From the NCBI GenBank assembly GCA_964590105.1, contig CAZPYM010000001.1, positions 76,768-140,767 on the forward strand: DNA of 64,000 nucleotides. The letters are read 5' to 3'. Both the position numbers and the translations under genes were made by a program. The notes under the pieces are model-generated. The model did no database searches, was not told the DNA's origin, and saw only the letters and a list, made by a program, of their open reading frames with translations. Shown one piece after another: positions 47,662 through 57,659 of the stretch. Within the stretch, counting starts at the first letter, position 1. Each line of letters opens with the position of its first letter. The stretch is from an uncultured Gammaproteobacteria bacterium. GTDB taxonomy: Bacteria; Patescibacteriota; Patescibacteriia; UBA11705; JABHMO01.

Positions 47662-49440
47662 ATGCAAAAACAAAAACCAAAATCCAAAAATCTTTTGCAA
47701 GGTTTAATGTTCGTGTTGCAAAAATTGTACGGACTTATTAAAGGGTTTCGTAAATATTTTGCTGTTGGTTTGATACTGGGGCTGGTAATAGAAGTTTTGC
47801 GGCTGATCGAGCAGTATTTGTTCAAGGGCGTGGTTGATTTTTTTGCCCAGCTTTCAGAACAGACAAGTTTTGAGAAATTGTTTTATCTGATCGGCGGCAT
47901 GGCGGCAATGTATTTTTCAATGAGCTTTCTGCAGTTCATTACAAACTTGATAATTGTAAGGGCGGAGGTCAGAGTCGGGCATTATTTATCCCTAGTCGTT
48001 TTTCGCAAGCATTTAGATTTATCATTAGCTTATCATGAAAAAGAAAATACCGGTGCTAAGTTAAATAAGATCCAGAACGGTATAGAAAGCGTTAATCGCA
48101 TTCTGGATCGACTGATGTGGGACTGCGCGCCAGCAATTTTGCGCGTGATTGCCAGTTTTGTTTTTTTGGTTTTTATTGACTGGCGCATGGCAATTGTGTT
48201 TTTGATTGTTATTCCGTTATTTGTTTTAACAACTTTAAGGATGAATGCCCGAGTCAATCCCTTGCGTCAGGGAATCAGACTCGGTTTTGAAAAAGTTTAT
48301 GGCGGTTTTGGGCAGGCAATATACAATATTAAGACCGTAAAAGCCTTTGTGCAGGAGAATCGGGAAAAAAACAGAGCAAAATTAGGTGTCCTAGATATTA
48401 TCAAAAAGCAGTTGCGATTTTTTAAAACAATGTTCAGCGTAAATTTGTTGCGAGATATTATTATTGCTGTTGGTAATATTTTGGTTGTCACTGCCAGTGC
48501 TTTTCTGGCTTATCGGGCCGAGATCACGCCCGGCGAGCTGGTGCTTTTTATCAGCGTGGCTGTAAGTACTTATTATTCTTTGTATGGTTTGACTCGAGTA
48601 TTTGATAATATTATGGACGCGAAAGTCGGCGTGGAGAGAATGTTTGAGGTTTTGGACAGCAAAGACGAGATTGCGGAAGAAAAATCAGCGTTGAAAATTG
48701 ATTTGCGCGGAGAAATTGAATTTAAAAATGTTAGTTTTGACTACGGCGACGGCAAGGTTATCAAAAATATCAATCTAAAAATTAATCCGGGTGAAATTGT
48801 CGCTTTTGTCGGGCCGTCAGGCGGTGGAAAATCAACCATAGTAAAGTTATTGTACCGATATTATGATGTTCAGCATGGTTCAATATTAATTGACGGCGAG
48901 CCGATTGAAAAACTTAATGTAAAAAATTATCGTTCTCAACTGGGCATTGTTAATCAAGATATTGATATTTTTAATGATACGATAAAGGCAAATATTGCCT
49001 ATGGCCGCCCGAGAGCAGGCCTGAAGCAAATTAAGTATGCGGCAAAAATTGCCAATGCTGATGAATTTATAAATAAGTTCAAGAAAAAATACGACACAGT
49101 CGTTGGCGAGCGCGGCATAAAGCTTTCCGGCGGGCAAAAGCAGCGAGTGGGGATTGCCAGAGCGGTTTTGGTTGATCCCAAAATTTTGATATTTGATGAA
49201 GCTACCAGTTCACTCGACGCGGGGTCAGAAAAAATGATTCAGCAGGCGATCCGGCGGGTAATCCGCGGCCGGACAACGATTATTATTGCTCATCGCCTGT
49301 CAACAGTAAAAAACGCTGACCGCATCGTTGTTATTGACAAGGGTAGAATCGCGGAGCAGGGCACTCACAAGCAGCTGATTGTTCGCGGAGGAATTTACAA
49401 AAAATTGGTAAAATTGCAAATCAGTGGATATTTGGATTAG
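47662..49440 (+). CDS. ABC transporter, fused permease/ATPase (MsbA/MdlB-like exporter)
   Basis: 6-TM domain, GPSGGGKST, LSGGQKQR, IFDEATSSLD, AHRLST. Confidence 0.93.
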   Translation: MQKQKPKSKNLLQGLMFVLQKLYGLIKGFRKYFAVGLILGLVIEVLRLIEQYLFKGVVDFFAQLSEQTSFEKLFYLIGGMAAMYFSMSFLQFITNLIIVRAEVRVGHYLSLVVFRKHLDLSLAYHEKENTGAKLNKIQNGIESVNRILDRLMWDCAPAILRVIASFVFLVFIDWRMAIVFLIVIPLFVLTTLRMNARVNPLRQGIRLGFEKVYGGFGQAIYNIKTVKAFVQENREKNRAKLGVLDIIKKQLRFFKTMFSVNLLRDIIIAVGNILVVTASAFLAYRAEITPGELVLFISVAVSTYYSLYGLTRVFDNIMDAKVGVERMFEVLDSKDEIAEEKSALKIDLRGEIEFKNVSFDYGDGKVIKNINLKINPGEIVAFVGPSGGGKSTIVKLLYRYYDVQHGSILIDGEPIEKLNVKNYRSQLGIVNQDIDIFNDTIKANIAYGRPRAGLKQIKYAAKIANADEFINKFKKKYDTVVGERGIKLSGGQKQRVGIARAVLVDPKILIFDEATSSLDAGSEKMIQQAIRRVIRGRTTIIIAHRLSTVKNADRIVVIDKGRIAEQGTHKQLIVRGGIYKKLVKLQISGYLD

Positions 49441-49483
49441 GCATATTAACTTAATTTTGTTATAATTCAATAGTAATTAATTA

Positions 49484-50698
49484 ATGGAAATTAATAATAT
49501 GAGCCTAGAGTTTATTCAGGCAAATTGGCCCTATTTGGTTTTATTTTTAATTGGATTAATATTACTTTGGAAATTTCGCAAAGATATTATTCCCAAAGGC
49601 GGATTTAAAATCGGCGGCGGCAAGGTTTCATCAAAGCAGGTATTGAGCTTGTACACTACGGACATGACGGCCAAAGCCCGAGACGGCGGCATTGATCCGG
49701 TGATCGGCAGGGAAGAGGAAATTGAACGCGTAGTGCAGATACTCAGCCGGCGCAAGAAAAACAATCCTTTGCTCATTGGCGCGGCCGGAGTGGGCAAGAC
49801 CGCGATTGTTGAGGGGCTGGCTCTCCGAATCGTTACCAGTGATATTCCGAGCTCGCTTCGCAATAAAAAGGTCTTGGCCTTAAATTTGGCTGACATGATC
49901 GGCGGGACAAAATACCGCGGTGAATTTGAAGAGCGGGTAAAACAATTAGTTGATGAAATAATTACCCAGCGCCGGAATATTATTTTATTTATTGACGAAA
50001 TTCATACATTGGTGCAAACTAAAGGAACAGAAGGCGCCATGAATGTCGGAGATATTTTGAAGCCGGCTCTGGCGCGCGGCGAGTTGCAGGCAATCGGCGC
50101 CACTACGCTTGACGAATATGAAGAGTATTTTAAAAAAGACGATGCTTTGGCGCGCCGTTTTCAATTGGTTGAAGTTGACGAGCCGACACCTGAAGAGACG
50201 GTCAGTATTTTAAAAGGCATAAAAAAAGATTATGAAGATCATCATCAGGTTGAGTTTAGCGACGAGGCAATCGACGCCGCCGTGGATCTGTCGAACAAAT
50301 ATATAAAAGGAAGGCTATTGCCGGACAAAGCCATTGATCTCATGGATGAAGCCGGCGCTATGGTCAATCTAAAAGCCTATGACCTGCCAAATCATGCGCT
50401 AAAACTAATGCGCGCGGCCGCCGATGAAGTTCACGCTCAGATCGCCAGCGCGCCCGTAACAATACGGGGTTTGTTGCAGCATTTGGAAGAGTTAAAAGAA
50501 GAAGCAGAGAAAACAGAAGATGAAGAATTAACAAAAAAAATAAAACAGGAGATGATCAAGCTGACTGCGGAAATTCAGGACTTGGAAGCAAAGCACGAAA
50601 CCTCAAAATATGCGGATAAAAAACCGATAGTGAAGGCTTCTGATGTGAAAAAAGTTATTGCCGGATGGCTAAATGTGGCAATAGAAAAAATTCAATAA
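49484..50698 (+). CDS. membrane-anchored single-NBD Clp-family AAA+ ATPase (NBD1 + coiled coil only)
   Basis: N-terminal TM, DPVIGR, RRKKNNP, GAAGVGKT, KYRGEFEER, FIDEIH, IGATT, LPDKAIDLMDEA; ends before NBD2. Confidence 0.88.
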   Translation: MEINNMSLEFIQANWPYLVLFLIGLILLWKFRKDIIPKGGFKIGGGKVSSKQVLSLYTTDMTAKARDGGIDPVIGREEEIERVVQILSRRKKNNPLLIGAAGVGKTAIVEGLALRIVTSDIPSSLRNKKVLALNLADMIGGTKYRGEFEERVKQLVDEIITQRRNIILFIDEIHTLVQTKGTEGAMNVGDILKPALARGELQAIGATTLDEYEEYFKKDDALARRFQLVEVDEPTPEETVSILKGIKKDYEDHHQVEFSDEAIDAAVDLSNKYIKGRLLPDKAIDLMDEAGAMVNLKAYDLPNHALKLMRAAADEVHAQIASAPVTIRGLLQHLEELKEEAEKTEDEELTKKIKQEMIKLTAEIQDLEAKHETSKYADKKPIVKASDVKKVIAGWLNVAIEKIQ

Positions 50699-50709
50699 GA
50701 AGAAAACTT

Positions 50710-51492
50710 ATGCAAACAGTCACAAAAGTGAAAAGCAAAATAAGCGTTAAACAAAAAGTGGCGATCGCGGTCGGCACGCTGGCTCTATTGGCCGGGCTTG
50801 GCGGGCTATTGAATGCAATGGGGCAGGCTCGTGGCTATGGCTTTGGCTGGCCGGCGGTAAGACGACCTATTTCAAAGAGCGCCGTTACTGTCAAGCAGAG
50901 TAATGAAAAACCTACTCAACCGAGCAGAATACAAAAAGGTCTAGTGGCTGAAACTTCTCCTTCGAAAGAAGAAAAAACAGTACAGCCGCAAAATGAACCG
51001 TCAGGTTCCGGACAGACAACAGAGATACCAAAAACAACAGAAGAACAACCGGCGACAACGGTTTCGGTGGAAAATTGTATTAATATAATTGATGATGATA
51101 AAAACGGTTTAACAGATTGTGATGATTTATATTGTTATACCCGCGACTTGGCGCCAATGAATATTTGTTACGGCGAAAATGGTCAAGACAAGGTTCTGAT
51201 TGTCGGAACTAATTATGGATTTATTGATTCGACATCGATTAAGGCTGATTATAAAACAAATGTTCCATATGTTTCTGGTATGGCCGCCTGCGTTTCGGCT
51301 TATAATAAGGCCTGTGTGTATATTGAGCAGTATGTTGCTAACCAGTGGCAGAAGAATACTGGACTCAATTGTTCGGATCAGATTACGCAGTCAAATTTTA
51401 ATCTGAACGAAATTTATCGAGCGGTTTGCCAGGGGCTCGACGCTGAAACCCCTGATTCACCGATTGTGCTTCCAGGAGTAATTAAAAATTAA
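50710..51492 (+). CDS. surface protein with GFGWP leader, P/T/E-rich linker and Cys-rich domain
   Basis: TM + ARGYGFGWP; ENC...IDDDKNGLTDCDDLYC motif. Confidence 0.75.
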   Translation: MQTVTKVKSKISVKQKVAIAVGTLALLAGLGGLLNAMGQARGYGFGWPAVRRPISKSAVTVKQSNEKPTQPSRIQKGLVAETSPSKEEKTVQPQNEPSGSGQTTEIPKTTEEQPATTVSVENCINIIDDDKNGLTDCDDLYCYTRDLAPMNICYGENGQDKVLIVGTNYGFIDSTSIKADYKTNVPYVSGMAACVSAYNKACVYIEQYVANQWQKNTGLNCSDQITQSNFNLNEIYRAVCQGLDAETPDSPIVLPGVIKN

Positions 51493-51503
51493 AATATTTT
51501 CGT

Positions 51504-51770
51504 ATGTTTACACAAGTAAAAACAAAGACGCGCCAAAAAGTTGTTTTGGCAATTGGAGTGGTGGCCTTATTGGCCGGACTTGGAGGATTTATGAGTGCTC
51601 TCGGCCATGCCCGAGGATTTGGATTTGGCTGGCCGATCAAAAGAGTACCATTGCTACTGCAAAAGAAAACAATGCTGCCGGCGTATGATGAAAGCAGGCT
51701 ATGCACGATCCGATCGAGCACCGGCGGAACAATCAAAGTTCCTTGCAGCAGTATCAAAAAAACAGAATAA
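51504..51770 (+). CDS. small surface protein with GFGWP leader (paralogous N-terminus)
   Basis: QKV...G..ALLAGLGG...A.G.ARGFGFGWP shared with upstream gene. Confidence 0.7.
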   Translation: MFTQVKTKTRQKVVLAIGVVALLAGLGGFMSALGHARGFGFGWPIKRVPLLLQKKTMLPAYDESRLCTIRSSTGGTIKVPCSSIKKTE

Positions 51771-51788
51771 TAAAAAGGTGAATTGATT

Positions 51789-53240
51789 ATGAACTACGGT
51801 ATTCGAAAAAAAATATTATACCTTACGATTTTGGGGATGGCTGGTGCCATTCCCTTTGTGTTTAATCCTTTTGGCTTTTTCAGATATGAAGTTGAAAAAA
51901 TTTATTTGTTCCGCTTAATTGTCAGCCTAATGTTTGCCGGCTGGCTGGTTTGGATGGGAAGTTTAAAAAACATCCGGACTTGGCTTTGGCAATGGGCGAG
52001 TGAAGTAAAGTTTTTTGATGTGGAGCTGTGGCAGATTTTTTTGCTGGCGGCGTATGGGCTCGCCACAACTCTTTCCATTTCGCCAGCGGACAGTTTCTGG
52101 GGGTTGCCTGATCGCGAGTTTGGCCTGATAACAGTTGCCGGATTGATACTGTTTTTTTGGCTAGGCCGGGGAATATTCAATCGGGTCAGGCAGGTTGAAT
52201 CTTTATGTTTGGTGATTTTAATATTCAGTTCTCTAATCAGCCTCTATGCCGTATTGCAAAAATTCGGCCTGGAATTTATTTCGGACGCCCGAATTGTTAC
52301 GCTTGGCACTGATAAAACAGTGATCCGACCGCTAGCCACGCTCGGTCATCCCAATTATTTGGGCGCCTATCTGGCCATGGTTTTTCCGTTCATTTTATTT
52401 TATTACGCGCGTGTTAAAAAAAAATGGCTGAAAATTATCATTCCCTTGATAATGATTGTTCATTTGGCGGCGCTTTACTTCACTCTAAACCGCGGCGGCT
52501 GGCTGGCGGGCATGGCTGGAATATTATGTTTTTTAATTTTTTATTCAATAAAAATAAAACAGCCGAAAAGAGTTGCCGTTCTTTCAATTGCCATGCTTGT
52601 AGTGATCGCCATGTTTTTTACCGGATTTTTCGGGTTTGGCGGCGACAAAAGGACCAAGGATTTGACCATTGAAGGCGGTTCTATGTATGTGCGGATTCAG
52701 GAGTATAAATATGCCCTGACAAAAATTATTGAAAAACCTTTGCTTGGCTATGGCCCGGAAACTTATATGTATCTGGCTATGAATCGTGAATACACGGAAA
52801 AAGAATTGCAAATTGATGACCGTTTGAGCGACCGTGTGCATAATATTTTTTTGGATATGGCCATTAATATTGGTTTAATTGGCTTGATAATCTTCATCGG
52901 GATATTTATAAAAATGTTTTCAACGGCCTGGAAAAAAATTCAGTCGGAAGTTCAAGGTTCCGGCCGCCTGGTCTATATTGCGGCGGGAAGTTCTCTCATC
53001 GCTTATCTGGTTGAAGTGCAGTTTCATTTTGACACTATTGTAACTTCGATTTTTGTGGCTGTTAATTTTATTCTAATTTACGCTAATTTTTCTAAAAATA
53101 AACTTAAAGACGCTGATGATTTTCAACCGGCAAAAATTAGCCTGCCGGTTTGGTGTCTGGCGGCAATAGTTTTGATTATCAGCATATACTTAAATATCGG
53201 CGCCATGATTTGGAATGTTATTGGCTATAAATGGCGGTGA
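51789..53240 (+). CDS. O-antigen ligase / O-oligosaccharyltransferase family membrane protein
   Basis: About 12 TM helices, ATLGHPNYLGAYL, TLNRGGW, PLLGYGPE, DRVHNIFLD. Confidence 0.85.
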   Translation: MNYGIRKKILYLTILGMAGAIPFVFNPFGFFRYEVEKIYLFRLIVSLMFAGWLVWMGSLKNIRTWLWQWASEVKFFDVELWQIFLLAAYGLATTLSISPADSFWGLPDREFGLITVAGLILFFWLGRGIFNRVRQVESLCLVILIFSSLISLYAVLQKFGLEFISDARIVTLGTDKTVIRPLATLGHPNYLGAYLAMVFPFILFYYARVKKKWLKIIIPLIMIVHLAALYFTLNRGGWLAGMAGILCFLIFYSIKIKQPKRVAVLSIAMLVVIAMFFTGFFGFGGDKRTKDLTIEGGSMYVRIQEYKYALTKIIEKPLLGYGPETYMYLAMNREYTEKELQIDDRLSDRVHNIFLDMAINIGLIGLIIFIGIFIKMFSTAWKKIQSEVQGSGRLVYIAAGSSLIAYLVEVQFHFDTIVTSIFVAVNFILIYANFSKNKLKDADDFQPAKISLPVWCLAAIVLIISIYLNIGAMIWNVIGYKWR

Positions 53241-53419
53241 AACATTAAATTTGCTATAATATAAAAATGCGGATTTAACGGAGGAGACGCGGATTTAACG
53301 GATGAAAAATTTATTGTGAGTTTAAGCGCAAGGAAATTGAAAAGTATTAATTGGTTTTTAAAATAAGTTAGTACGCTAAGCTCCGCGTTTATCCGCACTA
53401 ATCCGCGAATATTCGCGCT

Positions 53420-54895
53420 ATGTATATGAAGTTAAAATTTTGTGGTGCAGATCAAAACGTTACCGGCTCCCGACATCTCCTCGAGATCAATGGCAAGAAG
53501 ATACTTTTGGATTGCGGGATGTTTCAGGGCGGCGATCGAGAAAAGACGCGCCAGTTGAACGAAGAATTTCTTTTTGAGCCGCAGGAAGTTGATTATCTTT
53601 TGCTTTCGCACGCTCACATTGACCATTGTGGCGCTATTCCGCGGCTGGTTAAGCTTGGTTTCAAAGGAAAAATAATTTCAACCTCAGCCACCCGTGAATT
53701 GACCGAGGTGATGCTACTCGATAGTTCGCACATTCAAATGCAGGACGCGAAATATGCTGGCCGGCATTCGCAAAAAACAGCTGAACCGCTTTATACGGAA
53801 AAAGATGTCAGGGCGGCCATGCAGCTTTTTGAAAGTTATGAATATTTTCAAAAATTCAAATTATGCGAAAACGTCTGGGTGACTTTTTACGACGCCGGTC
53901 ATGTGCTCGGCTCGGCTATAATGGCGCTTGATTTCAAGGATGACGGCGAGCAAAGGCGGCTGGTTTTTACCGGCGATCTTGGCCGCAAATACATGCCGAT
54001 CTTAAATGATCCCTATCAGATTGATCATGCGGATATTTTAATTATTGAGAGCACTTACGCCAGCCATTTGCACGATCCCATTGATTCGGTTTATGAGGAA
54101 ATAACTTGGGCGATCAATGATGTGGTCAAACGCGGCGGCAAAATAATTGTGCCCGGGTTTTCTTTTGAAAGAACGCAGGCGTTTGTTTATGTTTTGCACC
54201 AGCTTTATAATCAGAAGAAAATTCCAAAGATTCCCATTTTTGTGGACAGCCCATTGTCAACGGAAATTTCTGAAGTGTTTGATAAACATCGGGACTATTA
54301 TGACAATGAAACTTTTCGCGATTTTCTCAACAAAAAACAAAGTCCGTTTTATTTTAACGAGATAAAATATACCAAGTCGGTGGAAGAATCCAAAGCGCTC
54401 AATTATTATAATAAGCCGTGCATAATTATTTCCGCCTCCGGTATGTGCGATGCCGGTCGTATTGTGCATCATTTGAAAAATCACATGAGCGACCCAAAAA
54501 ATATGATTTTGGTCATTGGTTTCATGGCTCGTGGCACTCGTGGTCGGCAGATTGTCGAGGGCAAGCCCAGGATCAAGATTTTTGGCGAGCAATATGCTCT
54601 GCGCGCTGACGTGGTGGTTCTAAATTCGTTTTCCGCGCACGCGGATAAGCTAGAGCTGCTCGAATACATCAGAAATATCAGCGATTTAAAAAATATTTTC
54701 GTTGTTCATGGCGAGGAAACCGAATGCGCGGTACTGCGCGACAATATCTATAATATTTTGAAATTAAAATGTCGTGTGGATGTGGTGGATATGGGTGAGG
54801 AGTTTGAAGTAACTTCCAAGGGCACTGAGAGTATGCTCGGCAAACGCAGGAAAAAATATTTTGCTGAAATGGAAAGTTTAAAGCTGAAGACATAG
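53420..54895 (+). CDS. beta-CASP metallo-beta-lactamase RNase (YSH1-like)
   Basis: VTGS, DCGMFQG, SHAHIDHCG, AGHVLGS, FTGDLG, ESTY, SASGMC..GRI, FSAHAD, VHGE. Confidence 0.92.
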   Translation: MYMKLKFCGADQNVTGSRHLLEINGKKILLDCGMFQGGDREKTRQLNEEFLFEPQEVDYLLLSHAHIDHCGAIPRLVKLGFKGKIISTSATRELTEVMLLDSSHIQMQDAKYAGRHSQKTAEPLYTEKDVRAAMQLFESYEYFQKFKLCENVWVTFYDAGHVLGSAIMALDFKDDGEQRRLVFTGDLGRKYMPILNDPYQIDHADILIIESTYASHLHDPIDSVYEEITWAINDVVKRGGKIIVPGFSFERTQAFVYVLHQLYNQKKIPKIPIFVDSPLSTEISEVFDKHRDYYDNETFRDFLNKKQSPFYFNEIKYTKSVEESKALNYYNKPCIIISASGMCDAGRIVHHLKNHMSDPKNMILVIGFMARGTRGRQIVEGKPRIKIFGEQYALRADVVVLNSFSAHADKLELLEYIRNISDLKNIFVVHGEETECAVLRDNIYNILKLKCRVDVVDMGEEFEVTSKGTESMLGKRRKKYFAEMESLKLKT

Positions 54896-55059
54896 TTGGT
54901 CGGGAAATTTAATTCGAATAAACATTATAAAGGTGGACGGTTAATTAAGTTTGCGCCAAAGGCGCAGCCACCTATGGCGGAAATTCAGCTAATCTAGTTG
55001 ACCTCCTTTATCTTTTCCTTACTTTTACCTTTTACCTTTTAACTTTCAACTAATTCCGT

Positions 55060-55998
55060 ATGGACAACAACATCACTCAAACCTACCGTGACATCAAGTT
55101 AATCAAAATTCAGGGTGCGACCAATATTGCTCTGGCCGTTGGCAAAGCTTTGAAAAAATATGCCAAGGATTTAACAGCAATAAGCAAGCGCGATTTTGTA
55201 CAGAAAATTTCCAGCGCCGGCAAGTATTTGGTTGGCGCGCGAGACACCGAACCCATGGCTGACAATGTTGTTGAGTTTATTGTTTATCAATTGAACAAAA
55301 CAAAAACGACTGAAGTCAGGGAATTAAAAAGTGTTCTGGCTGATTCAATTGATTATTTTTTTGATTTGGTAAATAAAAATGATTTACAGATTATTAAACA
55401 CGGCGAGCGGTTGATCAAATTCGGCGACAAAGTTTTTACTCATTGCCATTCCTCAACGGTTATGAAGGTTTTGCTGGCCGCTAGAAAAAACAAAAAGCGC
55501 TTTGAAGTTTTTCAAACTGAAACCCGGCCGCTTTATCAGGGGCGCAGAACTGCGGCCGAACTTCTGAAAAATAAGATTAAAGATACTATGGTTGTTGATT
55601 CGGCCGCGCCGTATTTAATCAGCAAAATAAGCGGCCCTAGATTTCAAATTGACAAATTAATAATCGGCTGTGACGCTATCAGCCGCGACGGATCATGCGT
55701 CAATAAGGTCGGCAGTTTCGGCCTGGCGCTCGTGGCTTTTTTGAATAAAGTGCCGGTTTATGTTGTGACGCAAGCTTTGAAAATAAATGAAGAAGCTAAA
55801 AATTTAAAGGCGATTAAAATTGAACAGCGTAGCGCCCGCGAAGTCTGGAATGGCGCGCCGAAAGATTTGAAAATTTATAATCCGGCTTTTGATAAAGTGC
55901 CGGTCGAACTAATTACCGGGTATATTTGCGAATTTGGGGTAGTGAAACCGGAAAACCTGATCAAGAAAATCAAAAAAGATTATAGTTGGTTGTGGTAA
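55060..55998 (+). CDS. ribose-1,5-bisphosphate isomerase (eIF2B-like)
   Basis: KIQGATNIA, AR.TEPM..N, THCHSSTV (catalytic Cys), TETRPLYQG, VVDSA, GCDA, NKVGS, NPAFD; RuBisCO/AMP phosphorylase context. Confidence 0.88.
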   Translation: MDNNITQTYRDIKLIKIQGATNIALAVGKALKKYAKDLTAISKRDFVQKISSAGKYLVGARDTEPMADNVVEFIVYQLNKTKTTEVRELKSVLADSIDYFFDLVNKNDLQIIKHGERLIKFGDKVFTHCHSSTVMKVLLAARKNKKRFEVFQTETRPLYQGRRTAAELLKNKIKDTMVVDSAAPYLISKISGPRFQIDKLIIGCDAISRDGSCVNKVGSFGLALVAFLNKVPVYVVTQALKINEEAKNLKAIKIEQRSAREVWNGAPKDLKIYNPAFDKVPVELITGYICEFGVVKPENLIKKIKKDYSWLW

Positions 55999-56049
55999 AA
56001 AAAAGATAAACATTTTTTATTTTACTTTATAATCATTAACTAAAATATT

Positions 56050-56898
56050 ATGTCACATGAAATAATGCCAATCTTTGAAGGATATGGTGAAAAAGACAAA
56101 GAAATTTTTGGAGGAGAATTTAAATTATTAAATTTAGGTAAGAAAGAGGGTAGCTTTAAGCCAACAGATCCCAAATTTTATGAAAGGATAGAGGGTGTTA
56201 GAAAAAAATTAGGATTAAAGTACATTTTTGCACCAAGCTTAGCTTTTACAAAACGAACAGCATCAATGACTAACAAAGGTGAGGAAAAGTTTATGTTTGG
56301 ATCAGAAGGCAAGGATGATAAAGTCGCTACTGAAGGTATTATGAGAACAGAAGAAAAAGCTGATGGCGGAATAGTTTTTTTGGATGATTTAGAAAAGAAA
56401 GGTATAAATCCAAATGAAGTTGGAATCGCTGGTTTTAATGCTGATTGTCCATTTATTGTTGGTTATGATGAAAAGAAAAGAGCGATGTTCATGCTTCATG
56501 CTGGCTTAGCGTGTCTGCAAAAGACAGGTGAAAGAAATCATGAAACTATATTCGAAAAGGTAGTGAAGGATCATGATTTAGATCCAAAAAACATTAAAAT
56601 ATTTGTAACCGGAGGAATTCAAAAGTGTTGTTATGGGCGAGATGATCAGGTTTTTCCTGATGTTATGAAAGCCTGGGGCGTGCGTTTCGGTTCAGTTGCT
56701 ACCGAAGGTTCCAGAGAAGGTCAAACTTCAATGAATTTGTTAGCTTTGATTTACAATGATTTACTACGAGTAGGTGTTAATTCCGATAATATTGATGTGA
56801 ATGAAAAGTGTACCTGTTGTGATGGTGAACATTGGAGTAATGTTAAAGGTGATCAAGAAAGAAATTTAGTTTTGGTTAGACCAAACTTTTCTGAATAA
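56050..56898 (+). CDS. divergent YfiH/PgeF (laccase-domain, purine nucleoside phosphorylase-like) protein
   Basis: ADG, NADCP, LHAG, GIQKCCY, CTCC...WS. Confidence 0.72.
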   Translation: MSHEIMPIFEGYGEKDKEIFGGEFKLLNLGKKEGSFKPTDPKFYERIEGVRKKLGLKYIFAPSLAFTKRTASMTNKGEEKFMFGSEGKDDKVATEGIMRTEEKADGGIVFLDDLEKKGINPNEVGIAGFNADCPFIVGYDEKKRAMFMLHAGLACLQKTGERNHETIFEKVVKDHDLDPKNIKIFVTGGIQKCCYGRDDQVFPDVMKAWGVRFGSVATEGSREGQTSMNLLALIYNDLLRVGVNSDNIDVNEKCTCCDGEHWSNVKGDQERNLVLVRPNFSE

Positions 56899-56949
56899 AA
56901 CAAAAAAAATCCCCAATTGTCAAGTGGGAAAAAGTGAGTGGAGATTTAT

Positions 56950-57363
56950 ATGAAAATCAAATGTATTATTTTTGATTTTTACAATGTCTTGTACCCTTTT
57001 ACTGCTGAAGCTGAAAAGGTTGTTGAATATTGCCGAAGTAAAGGATTAAAGCTGGCGGCGGTTTCCAGTTTATCCCCAGAAAAAGTTGATGAAATTGCCA
57101 AACATTATAAAATAGATACAGTGCTGGCTTCCTGGAACTTTGGTCTGCACAAAACTCAGCCTGAAATTTATCAGCGATTGCTCGGCCGGCTGGAACTAAA
57201 GGGTTGCGAATGCCTGATGGTTGACGATGAGCAGATCCGGCTTTCGGCGGCGAAAAGCTGCGGAATAAATACGGTTTGGTTGAAATTGGTGGAAGGTGAT
57301 AAACTTGAAACAACGGATTGCGTAATCAGCGAACTAGGGGAACTAAGTGAATTAGCGAATTAG
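56950..57363 (+). CDS. HAD-superfamily hydrolase (short, capless)
   Basis: IIFDFYNVL, VSS, K.QPEIY, LMVDD, AAKSCGI. Confidence 0.8.
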   Translation: MKIKCIIFDFYNVLYPFTAEAEKVVEYCRSKGLKLAAVSSLSPEKVDEIAKHYKIDTVLASWNFGLHKTQPEIYQRLLGRLELKGCECLMVDDEQIRLSAAKSCGINTVWLKLVEGDKLETTDCVISELGELSELAN

Positions 57364-57659
57364 CGAATTGGAGAATTGGCGAATTGGAGAGTGGAAATAA
57401 AATATAAATAAGCCGAGGAGCTCCGAGCGGAGCGAGGAGCGACGAGGCGGCCGTCCGCCGGGACATACGCTTTCCCCCTCCCGACGGAGCGCAAGGGAAA
57501 GCGGAAATAATTATTGAATTGAAAAGCGGAGTACAGGGAGGGGGACAAAGGGGGTGGGTTCTTGCGGTAAGCGATTATATGCGGCGGATTCGTGAAAGGG
57601 CGGTTTCAGAAATTTCGATGAACTTAATTAACCTAATTAATCTTAATTAACTTTATTAT

